42,867 nucleotides of DNA, from positions 1 to 42,867 of the forward strand of contig CAYZKS010000007.1 of NCBI GenBank assembly GCA_964478725.1. Direction: 5' to 3'. Origin of the DNA: an uncultured Anaerolineales bacterium. Lineage in GTDB: Bacteria > Chloroflexota > Anaerolineae > UBA2200. The notes under the pieces are model-generated. The model saw nothing but the letters and a program-made list of their open reading frames with translations, did not search any database and was not told the DNA's origin. The position numbers and the translations under genes are program-made. The first letter of the stretch is position 1; the number at the start of each line of letters is the position of its first letter. Positions 1 to 9,982 of the stretch are shown here, piece after piece.

Positions 1-81
1 GCCATCCGGGCCGCCTGTTCAGGCTGTAGCGCGACTGTAGCCTGAGCAGGTGACCCGGATGGCCACTGCGCGAAGCGCCAC

Positions 82-1473
82 CTACTTGGGCATGGCCTTG
101 ATCTGCAGGTATGCCTGCCTCGGTCGGAAATCAGGGTATCCAGGCACGGAGATGGCCCACCAGTATTGCTCGTCGGATTCGGTCCAGTCAGGATCCGCGA
201 TGTAAATCACGCTCATCAAGCCGATCCAGGGTGCCCAGTGTGCCTTGGCCCACTGGTAGGCCCGAACCATATAGTCAGCTTGAGTCTGTTCGTCTACGCT
301 GTGCCAATGGTACGGGGAGTCGGGGCGGGGATCCAACGTCCAGCCAAACTCCAGTACGGCCACTTGCCTATCCGTATCGCCATATTTCTCCATGATCCGG
401 CGCAGGTCTTCTACTCGGCGAAAGCAGAAGAAGCGCTGATTGTGATAGTCCGCGCTGCTGGCTGCCTCATCGGGGCTGACCTCAGGCGGCGCCCTGTAAC
501 CTGGAGCGTGCGCACCGAGAACGTCAAAGTAGCCATCGCTGTTCCCGCCCATGGCCTGATACATCTGTTCCAGGTACACGTCATCTGGTGTGGCCTCTGG
601 CGAATACGTACCCGTGGGGGCAAAACCGGCACTGACCACCATGGCATTCGGATCGGCTTGCTTGATGCGCTGATAGGCCTGTCTGAGCAAGGACACATAC
701 TGCGCGGCGTTGGGTGCCTTGCCTCCCCATTCGCGAGCCAAATTCGGCTCATTCCAGACCTCATAGGCCCGAATCCGGCCTTTGTAGCGAGTAGCCATAG
801 CGTAGAGAAAGTCGCCCAGATCAGAATAGCGGTCTGGTGGGCCGTTGGTCGGGAACCCGCCGCCTGCCCATTGTGGCTGGTGGTCTATGCGCACGAGCAG
901 ATCCAGACCGAGTTTGTTGCACTCGGACACAATCCAGTCCACCCGGCTCCAGTCGAAGACGCCCTTGGCAGAACCTTCAATGTCACGCCATCCCAGGTTC
1001 TGTTTGATCCAACCAAAGCCAGCTTCTTTTGCCACCCCCATATCCCGGCTGGCTACTTCGGGGCGCCACCACAGAAAGGCCTGCACTCCATACTCCGGAG
1101 AGTTCATGCGCAAGGGCTTCGGTGCAGGTATCAGTGTTGTGGCTGTCGCCGCAGGAGTGGCTGTAGGCGGAACAGGCGTGGCCGTGGACGGAACAGGCGT
1201 ATCCGTGGGCGGTATGGGTGTAGCTGTGGGCAGTGCCGTAGCAGTGGCAACGGGCACGTTCACAGTTGCCGTTGGTTGAAGCGCCTGGGATGCGGTGGTG
1301 AAGGTCGGCCTTGGCGTGCGGGTGACTACGGCCTCTACCGGGGTGGCGGTGCGGCAACCCAGTAACAACCAGGCCAACCCAGCTACGCCCAGCAGTACGA
1401 GTGCGAGTGCTACCCAGATGGCTCTGTTTGCGCTCCATCCAGTGCCGCGCGCGGGACGTCGTGTATCATTCAT
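82..1473 (-). CDS. Membrane-anchored/secreted glycoside hydrolase-like protein, clan GH-A (GH5/cellulase-like) TIM-barrel domain
   Basis: 463-aa ORF with an N-terminal hydrophobic anchor (AIWVALALVLLGVAGLAWLLLGC) and a Pro/Thr-rich linker. The catalytic-type domain carries a YEVWNEPNL acid/base-like motif. It is paralogous to the C-terminal domain of 1569..4469. Confidence 0.6.
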   Translation of the reverse strand: MNDTRRPARGTGWSANRAIWVALALVLLGVAGLAWLLLGCRTATPVEAVVTRTPRPTFTTASQALQPTATVNVPVATATALPTATPIPPTDTPVPSTATPVPPTATPAATATTLIPAPKPLRMNSPEYGVQAFLWWRPEVASRDMGVAKEAGFGWIKQNLGWRDIEGSAKGVFDWSRVDWIVSECNKLGLDLLVRIDHQPQWAGGGFPTNGPPDRYSDLGDFLYAMATRYKGRIRAYEVWNEPNLAREWGGKAPNAAQYVSLLRQAYQRIKQADPNAMVVSAGFAPTGTYSPEATPDDVYLEQMYQAMGGNSDGYFDVLGAHAPGYRAPPEVSPDEAASSADYHNQRFFCFRRVEDLRRIMEKYGDTDRQVAVLEFGWTLDPRPDSPYHWHSVDEQTQADYMVRAYQWAKAHWAPWIGLMSVIYIADPDWTESDEQYWWAISVPGYPDFRPRQAYLQIKAMPK

Positions 1474-1568
1474 GCAGCGCTCCTTCAGTGGTCGTTCACT
1501 GACAAACAGAGCACGGGACGCCAGCCGTGGGCACCCCGTGCTCTGAGCAGGCAGATGTGGTTGTCGGC

Positions 1569-4469
1569 CTATTTCGGCATGTTAGCCAGGGCGGCAAAAG
1601 CCTGACGCCCGCCCCAGTCGGGACGCACGATGCCAAAGGCGGCCTTTTCATCCTGACAACCGCAGATAGGACCGAAGTTGAGGTTCCACAAGAACATCGG
1701 TCCCACCCAGCCCCAACTCTTAGCAATCTGGTAGGCCCGAACGATGAACTGTGCCTGTTCTGCTTCTGTGTTGTCCGCGGAATACTCGTAGCCCTTGGCA
1801 GGTGCGGCACCCAGCCCATCCACAGACGCCCAGCCAAACTCGGTGACCCAAATGCGCTTGGCACTATCCCCGTACTTGACCATGATGTTGCGATAGCCTT
1901 CCATCGTGCCCCTGAAGAACCAGCTTGGATGCCCCTTGGCGTTAAAGCTGGCGCTGGGATCAGAGTAAGTCTGCCACTCTGCATCGGGCGGGTTGTTGTA
2001 GCCACTGGGGTGAGCACCGATAGCATCGCAGTAGTTCTTCAGCCCTGCTTGGTACATCTGCTCCAGATAGACGCGGTCATCAATGGCGATGTTCCCATCG
2101 TTGTAGCCCGTGGGAGTGAGTGCACCCGAAATGACCGTCGCGCTCGGATCAGCGTTCTTGATGGCCGGATAGGCCGCTTTGAGCAACTGCACGTACTTGG
2201 CAGCGTTGAGCTTGTTTCCCAGTCCACCCCACTCATAGTAGAGGTTCTGCTCGTTCCAGACCTCGTATGCCTGCACGCGCCCCTTGAAGTGAGAAGCCAT
2301 TGCGCTCAAAAAGGCCGCGTATGTGGCAGGATCGGCCGGCGGGCCCTGGTCTGTATCCCCAGCCGGTCGCGCCCACTGTGGCGCCTTGACGACGCTGAAG
2401 AGGACCTTGATTCCAGCCGCGCTGGCGCTATTCGCGATGCGGTCCAGCGCGCCCCAGTCGTATTGACCTGGTCCGGGGTTGTAACGGAACCACTCCACCT
2501 GTTGCTTGTACCAGCGGAAGCCCAGCTGTTGCACCGCGCCGAACAGCCGGCCGTGGTCGCCATCGGTGATCGCGTCGCCCTGGATCCCATAGTCGAAACC
2601 TGGCCCGCGAGATGGGCTGGCAGCAGGCTGCTGCGGTCTAGCGGTAGGCTTCGGTGTAGGCGTGGGCATGGGCGTGGGCGTGGGCGTGGGTGTTGGCGTT
2701 GGAATCTCCAGGCTAATGCTGTTGCTGGTGACGTTCAGGGTCTTGCCGCCATCATGTGAGATAGCCGCCGCAATGCGATAGTCGCCAGGAACCTCAGGCG
2801 CGTGCCAGACATACTTCGCTAAGCTGAGCGGCGCAGTCGAAGAACTGGTCTCGCTGTCGGACGGCCCCTGCACGCTCCAAACCACGGTGAAATTACTGTC
2901 CATGGAAGGAGTGAGCAGTTCCTTGAACGACCGCAACACGTCCCAAGTACGCTCGTCGCTCTGCCCTTCGGTCCAATTCTCCAGCGTGACGCCCCGCAGG
3001 TTATAGTCCACAACGGACTGCAGTTTGCGTGCGGTGCTGCTGGCGTTCTCAAGCCAGATCTGCGAGTCTTTGCCTTGCTCGTCTTTATAGCTGATCCAGT
3101 ACGTCGCAGAGTCCTTGTCGTACTGCAACCCGCCCGACTCGGCCAGTTCGGTCAACAGCACGGTCACGTCTTCACCGGGAGCCACCAGGTCCTTCTGGCC
3201 CTCAACCGCAATCTGCCCCACTTCCGACAAGGCCTGAAGGTAAGGAATCTTGGTCGCAACCCCGTCCGTCACCTTGCGGCTGTATGCCGACACGGCGACT
3301 TGCAGTTTGTCGCGGCGCACCTCACCTGTTGCCCAGCGCAGCAGGGCCTCCATCTGACCGCCAGCGACATATGCACCGGGAGACTCGAATGCAGGAATCA
3401 CAATGGCATCCGCGATTTCGCCCAGCGCTCGCCAATCGTAGGCTCCCGTGTCCCAGCGATCCTCCGCTACCTGTCGAGGCGCCGGCACGCGCACAGTGAG
3501 CAGTTTTCCCTGCTCATGCATGGCATCAGCCACTTCCCTGACGAACGATACGAACTCCTCACGCAGTTGCAGATCTAGGCCAGCATAGTCCAACTGGACG
3601 CCTGCGTACAGTCTCTCCACTGCCAGGACACTGAGCGACGACGCGTTCTTCGCGCGCGCTTCCGGGTTGAGGAGAATGCTGGCAAGCACCTCTGGCTGGG
3701 GCGTGCCACCTATGCTGTTGCTGACCACCGGGATCACGGCATACCCCGCAGGGACGCTGGGCCTGCTGGCGCCTAACGCGTCATGCACCGTCCCGTCAGC
3801 GCCCACGTCATACCCTGTGGGGTTGACTTCAGAGAGGACTCCCTGCGCCTTGGTCGGAACGCTGCCAGTGCTGGCCAGCTGCGCAGTGATGGAGGGGGAC
3901 TGTCGCTTGGCCTGCGCTATCACGAACATTGAGGGCAAGGTCGTCAATTCCGCTTCAAGCACCTGCTCTTCAGAGACTACGTGTGAAGGCATCCACGTCC
4001 AGGCCTTCCCATCCCAGGCGTACAGATCCGCTGTCGCGGCAGACGCTCCGGCTGGCAAGGGAAGCGTCAGGATGGCCTCTTGGGGAGCAGGGCCGTAGGT
4101 GCGAAAGCGATAGATACTGCTCTGGAGGGTTACCAACTCTGCGTCCAAGGCCTGCGCAGCTGCATCCTCGGTCTTGTCACCAGCGCCCGACAGAAAATCG
4201 AGGCGAGGTATCTCGGTCATTTTCAGACGGAGTTGTTTGCTCAGCGCTCCCTGCGGAATCAACAGTTGCGCGCCATCGGCCACGCTTGCCACGCCTCCTG
4301 CCACACCGATCGCCGGGTAGTCATAGTGTAAGAAGCGCGACCCAAAGGAGGCGGGCGGCAGCCACAGGCTGAGCACCAGGAGGAACACCGCAAGTACGTT
4401 TACTCCCTTCTCCACCTGTGGGTCGTCTGCTACTCGCCTCAGGGAGTGGAAGAGAGGGGTATCTTTCAT
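1569..4469 (-). CDS. Large multidomain surface protein: N-terminal TM anchor, central GH18-like/TIM-like region, (PT)n linker, C-terminal GH-A-type glycoside hydrolase domain
   Basis: 966-aa ORF with an N-terminal hydrophobic segment (VLAVFLLVLSLWLPP) and a PTPTPTPTPTPMPTPTPKP linker. The C-terminal domain has YEVWNEQNL and aligns with the 82..1473 product. The central LDYAGLDLQ segment only loosely resembles the GH18 DxDxE region and lacks the Glu. Confidence 0.6.
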   Translation of the reverse strand: MKDTPLFHSLRRVADDPQVEKGVNVLAVFLLVLSLWLPPASFGSRFLHYDYPAIGVAGGVASVADGAQLLIPQGALSKQLRLKMTEIPRLDFLSGAGDKTEDAAAQALDAELVTLQSSIYRFRTYGPAPQEAILTLPLPAGASAATADLYAWDGKAWTWMPSHVVSEEQVLEAELTTLPSMFVIAQAKRQSPSITAQLASTGSVPTKAQGVLSEVNPTGYDVGADGTVHDALGASRPSVPAGYAVIPVVSNSIGGTPQPEVLASILLNPEARAKNASSLSVLAVERLYAGVQLDYAGLDLQLREEFVSFVREVADAMHEQGKLLTVRVPAPRQVAEDRWDTGAYDWRALGEIADAIVIPAFESPGAYVAGGQMEALLRWATGEVRRDKLQVAVSAYSRKVTDGVATKIPYLQALSEVGQIAVEGQKDLVAPGEDVTVLLTELAESGGLQYDKDSATYWISYKDEQGKDSQIWLENASSTARKLQSVVDYNLRGVTLENWTEGQSDERTWDVLRSFKELLTPSMDSNFTVVWSVQGPSDSETSSSTAPLSLAKYVWHAPEVPGDYRIAAAISHDGGKTLNVTSNSISLEIPTPTPTPTPTPMPTPTPKPTARPQQPAASPSRGPGFDYGIQGDAITDGDHGRLFGAVQQLGFRWYKQQVEWFRYNPGPGQYDWGALDRIANSASAAGIKVLFSVVKAPQWARPAGDTDQGPPADPATYAAFLSAMASHFKGRVQAYEVWNEQNLYYEWGGLGNKLNAAKYVQLLKAAYPAIKNADPSATVISGALTPTGYNDGNIAIDDRVYLEQMYQAGLKNYCDAIGAHPSGYNNPPDAEWQTYSDPSASFNAKGHPSWFFRGTMEGYRNIMVKYGDSAKRIWVTEFGWASVDGLGAAPAKGYEYSADNTEAEQAQFIVRAYQIAKSWGWVGPMFLWNLNFGPICGCQDEKAAFGIVRPDWGGRQAFAALANMPK

Positions 4470-4769
4470 GGACGGTCCTTTCTCGACTGCAAGTATCTGC
4501 TATGCTGATTCAGCACATGAGGCGAGGGCTGTAGTGCATGGCAAAGCGCACGCAGCCCTCGGCTAGCTCTCAAATCGGTTGTGGCGGCCCGTTGTTGCCG
4601 CTGGGAAGGAGTCCCTTCGAGTCGTTATGGACATCAGAACGATTAGGGTGGCTCGTGATTGCTCCACATCCACGAACCGCACTGCCTGCCTCCGCGATCC
4701 AGAGTGCGAGCATCTTATCACAACAGTTTTCATTTGGCAAATGGCTTGGCAGATGCCTTGGCCGGCCTT

Positions 4770-4798
4770 TTGGACACTTGTTGGCGTCTCCCTATAAT
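4770..4798 (+). promoter_or_regulatory. Sigma70-type promoter for thrC (TTGGAC-17 nt-TATAAT)
   Basis: -35 TTGGAC at 4770-4775 and -10 TATAAT at 4793-4798, separated by 17 nt. It lies about 10 nt upstream of the AGGAGG RBS of thrC. Confidence 0.5.
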
Positions 4799-4820
4799 CA
4801 GCGTAAGAAGGAGGTGCGCC

Positions 4821-6062
4821 TTGAGCAACGTCCTGGGGTTGAAATGCGTGTTGTGTGGCGCCGAGTACGGGCAGCAAGAGGTGGACTATGTCTGTCCCAA
4901 GCATGGCAACGAGGGTATTCTTGACGTAGTGTATGATTACGCTGCGGTCAAACGCCGGCTTTCCCGGTCCGACTTGGACAAGTGTCGCGACTACTCCATC
5001 TGGCGCTATTCTGAGCTGTTGCCCATTGACCGGCGCGAACTCGTCCCGCCGCTCCAGGTGGGTTGGACGCCTCTCTACCCGGTGCAACGCCTGCGAGCTC
5101 TGCTTGAGCTGCCAAACCTCTACGTCAAGGACGACGGTCGCAACCCCTCAGCGTCGTTCAAGGACCGAGCCAGCGCAATGGGCATCGTCAGGGCGCGTGA
5201 ACTCGGCAGAGACATCATGACCGCTGCCTCCACGGGCAACGCCGCGGCGTCATTAGCCTGTCTGGCTGCCAGCGTCGGGCTGCCCACGTACATCTTCGTG
5301 CCCGAGCGAGCTCCACAGGCGAAGCTGGCGCAACTGCTGGTCTTTGGCGCCAATGTGATCATGGTACATGGGACCTACGACCAAGCCTTCGACCTGTGTC
5401 TGCAGGCATCCGCCGAGTACGGCTGGTACAGCCGCAACACGGCCTACAACCCTTACCTCTCAGAGGGCAAGAAGACGGCCGCTTTGGAGATCTGTGAGCA
5501 ATTGAACTGGCAGGCTCCGGACAAGATCTTTGTATCCGTCGGGGATGGCTGCATCATCGGTGGATTGTGGAAGGGACTGTGCGATCTGCGTGCTCTGGGC
5601 TTCATTGAACGTGTGCCACAGTTGATTGGAGTACAGGCAGAGGGCTCAGCGGTGTTGGCCAAGGCCTGGCAGGAAGGGACGGAGAGCATCACACCCATCG
5701 TGCCTCAGACCATCGCGGACAGCATCTCCGTGGGAGTCCCGCGCGATGCCATCAAGGCTCTGCGAGCGGTGCGTCAATCCGGGGGCCAGTTTGTAACGGT
5801 AAGCGATGCCGAGATCCTGGATGCGATGCGCCTGCTCTCGCGTGTCGGCGGGGTGTTTGGCGAACCTGCGGGTGTGACCGGTTTCGCTGGCCTGCGCAAG
5901 CTGCTAGAACTGGGCCGAGTCAGACCCGAAGAGCACATCGTGGTCCTGGTCACTGGAAATGGACTAAAGGACGTGCAGAGCGCCATTCAGGCTGTCGGCA
6001 AGCCACACCTGATCGAGCCAGACGTGGGCGCGCTGCGCACGCTGATGGCGCAACTGAACTAG
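4821..6062 (+). CDS. thrC: Threonine synthase (PLP fold-type II, N-terminal zinc-ribbon type)
   Basis: In-frame TTG at 4821 is preceded by AGGAGG (4808-4813). The protein has an N-terminal CxxC...CPxH ribbon (KCVLCGAEY..YVCPKHG), the PLP-lysine motif SASFKDRAS, and a threonine synthase-like pattern throughout. The track ORF start at 4659 lies upstream of the promoter and is rejected. Confidence 0.85.
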   Translation: MSNVLGLKCVLCGAEYGQQEVDYVCPKHGNEGILDVVYDYAAVKRRLSRSDLDKCRDYSIWRYSELLPIDRRELVPPLQVGWTPLYPVQRLRALLELPNLYVKDDGRNPSASFKDRASAMGIVRARELGRDIMTAASTGNAAASLACLAASVGLPTYIFVPERAPQAKLAQLLVFGANVIMVHGTYDQAFDLCLQASAEYGWYSRNTAYNPYLSEGKKTAALEICEQLNWQAPDKIFVSVGDGCIIGGLWKGLCDLRALGFIERVPQLIGVQAEGSAVLAKAWQEGTESITPIVPQTIADSISVGVPRDAIKALRAVRQSGGQFVTVSDAEILDAMRLLSRVGGVFGEPAGVTGFAGLRKLLELGRVRPEEHIVVLVTGNGLKDVQSAIQAVGKPHLIEPDVGALRTLMAQLN

Positions 6063-8029
6063 GGCTGTACATTCCTGACAGCATCAAATACTCGCTGCTC
6101 ATAGATGCCTGCCGAGTTCCAGAACATCCACCCCTCGGCCGCGGCCTCTTCTGCTGCTTGCTTCTCCAGCCGCAGTTCTGTCAGTCCATAGGTCACGTCG
6201 CCCCAGGAGTAGTGCTGCAGCCAGGGCCGCACTCGGGTCTTGGTCCGGGCGGTTAATCCCAGGCAACTGCGATACACAATCTCGTAGGGATGCAGCAGAG
6301 GCTCTGTGATGTCAACGCTTCCGCTGCCAAAGGTCGACGGGTAGAGCATTGGGCAGAGGTAGTCCATGTAGGGCGCGACATCCACGACGCGCTGGCCGAT
6401 GCCCAAGTCGTCCTCGGGGGTTACCCAGGCCGTCATTCCGAACAGGTCGGCAGCCAACAAAACTGCATATGGCTGCAATTTGCCCCGCAGGCGCGCCGCG
6501 AACTCTCTGATCATTGTACAGCGAGACTCGAACGTACTGTCCTCCGCATAGCGTGCATCGGCAACATCTCCATCTGATGGAAAGCGCAGATAGTCAAACT
6601 GCAGCTCATCAAAACCCATCATGGCAACTTCGCGAGCGATCGCCAGGTTGTAGTCCTGAACCTGTTCAACAAAGGGATCCGTCCAGGCAATCCCCGAGAG
6701 GTCCTCCCACACGTCGCCGTTCGAGGTGCGCACAGCCCACTGCGGATAGGTGACCGCCAGGGACGGGTCCTTGAACAGGACCAAGCGTGCGATGGTATAG
6801 ACCCCGTGTTCCTGGCAGATGGAGAGGAACTTGCTCAACTGCATGACTTCGTGCCTGAATGTGTCACTGCGCTGGGCCTCATGCACATCGCTGGGGTAGG
6901 CCAGCCAGCCGCGGTCATTCTTGACGTCCACCACGATGGCATTCAGCTCCGTCCGATCAATCAGGTCCACCAGCTCTTTTACCCGCTCCTCGTCAGTCAG
7001 GATGCCGAGCGGCATGTACACGGCCCTGGCCTTGAACGGGCTGAGGGAGACGTGCATTTCGGTCGTCGCAGCGATCTCCAACTTGGCTCGCTCGTAGCCA
7101 GGTGCGGCGATTACCAGCACGGCAGGAGAAGGCGGCGTGCGGCAACTGTAGTGCCCACCTGGGTCGCTGATGCAATGGCTGATCACCTGGCCTGCCGAGA
7201 TAACGGCGGCGGTCGCGCCCGCCAATGGCTTTCCGCTGTCCTGGTCTACAATCACACCCCGCAGGATGTTGGGGCGCATAGTGATTTGCACGCTCTCACT
7301 ACCATCCCAGGTACTCCGCGTCACATCGTGATCGGTGGCTTGCACTGTGAACTGCATACCATAGGCAAGGCGCTTCACGACCACAACGCCGTTCTGATCG
7401 GCGCTGAGACGCAGCGAGCCGCAGGTTACGATCGCGGACGGCAAGGGGCTTCCCGAATAGAGGTCGACCACGTGAACACGAACCTCTACCGGTTGCAACG
7501 CGAACTCTTGAGACTGCTGCCCTTTGAATACCGCTGTTGCTGTCTTGTACCCGGCTGAGGACGCGCTGAGCACGGCTCCAGTCTTGACGCGGCGCAGCGT
7601 GGCCCGGCCTTCTTGATCTGTGACTTCGCTCCACGTGCCCATGGCAACGACGCTGCCCACCAGGGCAGCTCCCGACTCTGCGTCACGCACCCGCAGGGAA
7701 ACGGCGTTGGGAGTCAGGGCGATGTTGCAGATTGCGCGTAACCCGGGCAGGCGGTCTCTGGGCGCAATCGCTTCCACAGGCAAGTAGCCGTCTGCCCAGA
7801 CCATCAGCGTTGGATCGCCCAATAACCAACCCAGGTCGAAACGGCCTGTCTCGCTAGAGGGGGAACTGCGACCTGCCGCCTCGATGGCAGCGCGGGCAAC
7901 CGGTTCGCCATTGAGCGCATCCTTCACTACACCCTGCACTGGACGAGGATAGAAAGCAAAGGCGCCCCAAACGACACAGCACAATAGCACACAGGTAGAG
8001 AGGAGAAGTTTCGGTGTACGCGACATCAT
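6059..8029 (-). CDS. Secreted putative glycoside hydrolase (COG1306/DUF4015-like TIM barrel) with N-terminal carboxypeptidase-regulatory-like beta-sandwich repeats
   Basis: The internal start MMSRTPKLLLSTCVLLCCVVWGAFA (ATG 8029/8026) gives a signal peptide. The C-terminal half (ELNAIVVDVKNDRGWLAYPS..., FDELQFDYLRFP) resembles the putative glycosyl hydrolase DUF4015 family. Its stop codon overlaps the thrC stop (CTAG at 6059-6062). Confidence 0.6.
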   Translation of the reverse strand: MMSRTPKLLLSTCVLLCCVVWGAFAFYPRPVQGVVKDALNGEPVARAAIEAAGRSSPSSETGRFDLGWLLGDPTLMVWADGYLPVEAIAPRDRLPGLRAICNIALTPNAVSLRVRDAESGAALVGSVVAMGTWSEVTDQEGRATLRRVKTGAVLSASSAGYKTATAVFKGQQSQEFALQPVEVRVHVVDLYSGSPLPSAIVTCGSLRLSADQNGVVVVKRLAYGMQFTVQATDHDVTRSTWDGSESVQITMRPNILRGVIVDQDSGKPLAGATAAVISAGQVISHCISDPGGHYSCRTPPSPAVLVIAAPGYERAKLEIAATTEMHVSLSPFKARAVYMPLGILTDEERVKELVDLIDRTELNAIVVDVKNDRGWLAYPSDVHEAQRSDTFRHEVMQLSKFLSICQEHGVYTIARLVLFKDPSLAVTYPQWAVRTSNGDVWEDLSGIAWTDPFVEQVQDYNLAIAREVAMMGFDELQFDYLRFPSDGDVADARYAEDSTFESRCTMIREFAARLRGKLQPYAVLLAADLFGMTAWVTPEDDLGIGQRVVDVAPYMDYLCPMLYPSTFGSGSVDITEPLLHPYEIVYRSCLGLTARTKTRVRPWLQHYSWGDVTYGLTELRLEKQAAEEAAAEGWMFWNSAGIYEQRVFDAVRNVQP

Positions 8030-8532
8030 CACCCGTGCATGCGTTGATGACACGATTGTATTCCAAGCGCAGGCGACGAACAAATAGCTCAAGCGTGCTA
8101 AACGTTGACGATAAGAATTCTTAAAACTAGGCGGGTATTTCGCTACCGATTTGGTCTGGCCGAGAATCATACAGGTTGAGCCTGGTCGGGATCTGAATAC
8201 TAGCTCTGGTATCATGGCGACTCACATCACGGCGTAACCACTGCATGGCTCCGGTTGTCAAGAAATCCTCCCTTCAGTTAGAATATCGGCGCTGGCAGGG
8301 CCGTGTGCTCTTTCTTCCTAATGGCGCAGGAGCGATGCTTGGGCTCAGCCAGCTACTTCCTCAGCTTGCTCCAGAGGATCCAGTCGCCTCCGAATGGGGG
8401 CCTCGTGATGTGGCTCTTTCATGAATAGGCACAGGAGCCTGGCAAGTTCTGTCCTGAACCTGATGCCCTTTGGAGCGGGCATGGCGCCGCTTCCTTCAGT
8501 CAGTGCATTCCTTGGTTAGTGGGAGACATGCG

Positions 8533-9948
8533 ATGAACGCCGAGCAGACATGGCAAACAGCACTCGGGGAACTACAGCTCCAACTGACCAAAGCCACTTT
8601 TGACACCTGGGTCAAGAGCACCTATGTGATCAGCAGTGAAGACGGGGTCTTTGTGATCGGGGTGCACAACGGCTACGCCAAAGACTGGCTGGAGAACCGC
8701 CTCCTGACGACGATCAAGCGAACATTGGTTGGCATCGTGGGCCGCAGCGTGGACGTCAGCTTTGTGGTCCGGCCCAGACCCAGTCGCAAGAAGAGATCCC
8801 TCCCAAAACACGATGCGTCTCAGGTACAGGATCTCCTGGTAGCCACCAACGGTGAGTCTCTTGCTTCCCGGCAAGCCAGGCACCCATCACGCCCTGCACT
8901 CCACACTGGTCTGAACCCCAAGTATACGTTCGATTCTTTTGTGGTTGGCAACTCCAATCGTCTGGCGCACGCCGCAGCCAGATCGGTGGCCGAAAAGCCG
9001 GCCAAAACGTATAACCCTCTTTTCATCTATGGTGGAGTCGGACTCGGCAAGACCCACCTGCTTCAGGCTATAGGCAACTTGGCGCATAGCAGCCGCCAAT
9101 GCACTGTTCTGTATGTCTCTTCGGAGACTTTCACCAACGAACTCATCAACTCTATCCGCACCCAAAGCACAGAGGCATTCCGTACCAAGTACCGCAACGA
9201 CATAGATGTATTGCTGATCGATGACATTCAGTTCATCGGCGGTAAGGAGAGCACGCAGGAGGAGTTCTTCCACACTTTCAACACGCTCTACGAAGCTGGG
9301 AAGCAAATCGTCATGTCCAGCGACCGCCCTCCGCGCGCTATCAGCACGTTGGAGGAGCGCCTGAGATCACGATTTGAGAGCGGCCTGATCGCCGACATAC
9401 AGCCGCCAGAATTAGAGACTCGCATCGCCATTCTGCGCTGCAAAGCTGAGCTGCAGCCCCTGGAAGTGCCACCTGACGTGATCGAATTCATCGCCGGCAA
9501 GATCCAGAGTAACATTCGCGAACTGGAAGGTGCGTTCAACCGTGTTCTTGCCCTGGCGCGTCTGTTCAACGCAGAGCTATCCATGGAGATGGCAGCCTCC
9601 GCCCTGGAAGACATCTTGGCGCGTTCCGGTGCACTGACCGTTGAGCAGATTCTGGATGCAGTCTGCAAGTACTACAGACTCGAACTGCCCATCCTCAAGA
9701 GTAGACAACGCACCCAGGACGTAGCCCTAGCACGTCAGGTGGCGATGTACTTACTGAAAGAGGAACTCCATTACTCCCTGCCACACATTGGCGAGATACT
9801 CGGTGGCCGGGACCACACCACAGTACTGTATGGCTGTGGTAAGATCGCGACTGGCATTGAAGAGAACGACCAACTGCGGCGCGACGTGCTGGCCATTCGC
9901 GAGCAGCTGGTCAAAGAGCACAGCCAGCCCGTTCGCAAACTCACCTAG
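8533..9948 (+). CDS. dnaA: Chromosomal replication initiator protein DnaA
   Basis: ATG 8533 (MNAEQTWQTALGELQLQL...) with GGGAGA 5 nt upstream. It has the AAA+ Walker A GGVGLGKTHLL, Walker B LLIDDIQF and a C-terminal DnaA-box-binding domain (DHTTVLYG). Confidence 0.95.
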   Translation: MNAEQTWQTALGELQLQLTKATFDTWVKSTYVISSEDGVFVIGVHNGYAKDWLENRLLTTIKRTLVGIVGRSVDVSFVVRPRPSRKKRSLPKHDASQVQDLLVATNGESLASRQARHPSRPALHTGLNPKYTFDSFVVGNSNRLAHAAARSVAEKPAKTYNPLFIYGGVGLGKTHLLQAIGNLAHSSRQCTVLYVSSETFTNELINSIRTQSTEAFRTKYRNDIDVLLIDDIQFIGGKESTQEEFFHTFNTLYEAGKQIVMSSDRPPRAISTLEERLRSRFESGLIADIQPPELETRIAILRCKAELQPLEVPPDVIEFIAGKIQSNIRELEGAFNRVLALARLFNAELSMEMAASALEDILARSGALTVEQILDAVCKYYRLELPILKSRQRTQDVALARQVAMYLLKEELHYSLPHIGEILGGRDHTTVLYGCGKIATGIEENDQLRRDVLAIREQLVKEHSQPVRKLT

Positions 9949-9982
9949 GGCGCGCTTCCATCCCTATACGGCTGGCATCAGG

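Noticed and set aside
2640-2700. GGCGTG-type short tandem repeats (also the PT-coding runs at 1130-1260 and 27780-27960) as possible CRISPR or microsatellite elements
   Set aside because: They lie in-frame inside coding regions and encode Pro/Thr linkers. There is no repeat-spacer periodicity and there are no cas genes.
166-2759. Long plus-strand ORFs (166..1365, 845..1279, 1527..2759) opposite the glycosidase-like genes
   Set aside because: Their composition is Arg/Gly/Cys-rich and non-protein-like. They fully overlap minus-strand ORFs that carry recognisable domains and signal anchors.
4503-4515. Perfect 6-1-6 palindrome TGCTGATTCAGCA 35-47 nt upstream of the 966-aa surface protein gene
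   Set aside because: A single short palindrome with no second copy in the window. It is plausible as an operator, but chance cannot be excluded, so it is not reported as a feature.
8030-8532. 500-bp region upstream of dnaA as oriC
   Set aside because: I found no TTATCCACA-like 9-mers, only a short AT-rich patch (about 8104-8130) and a possible dnaA promoter (TTGTCA-18-TAGAAT at 8255-8284). The box cluster downstream of dnaA is the better candidate.
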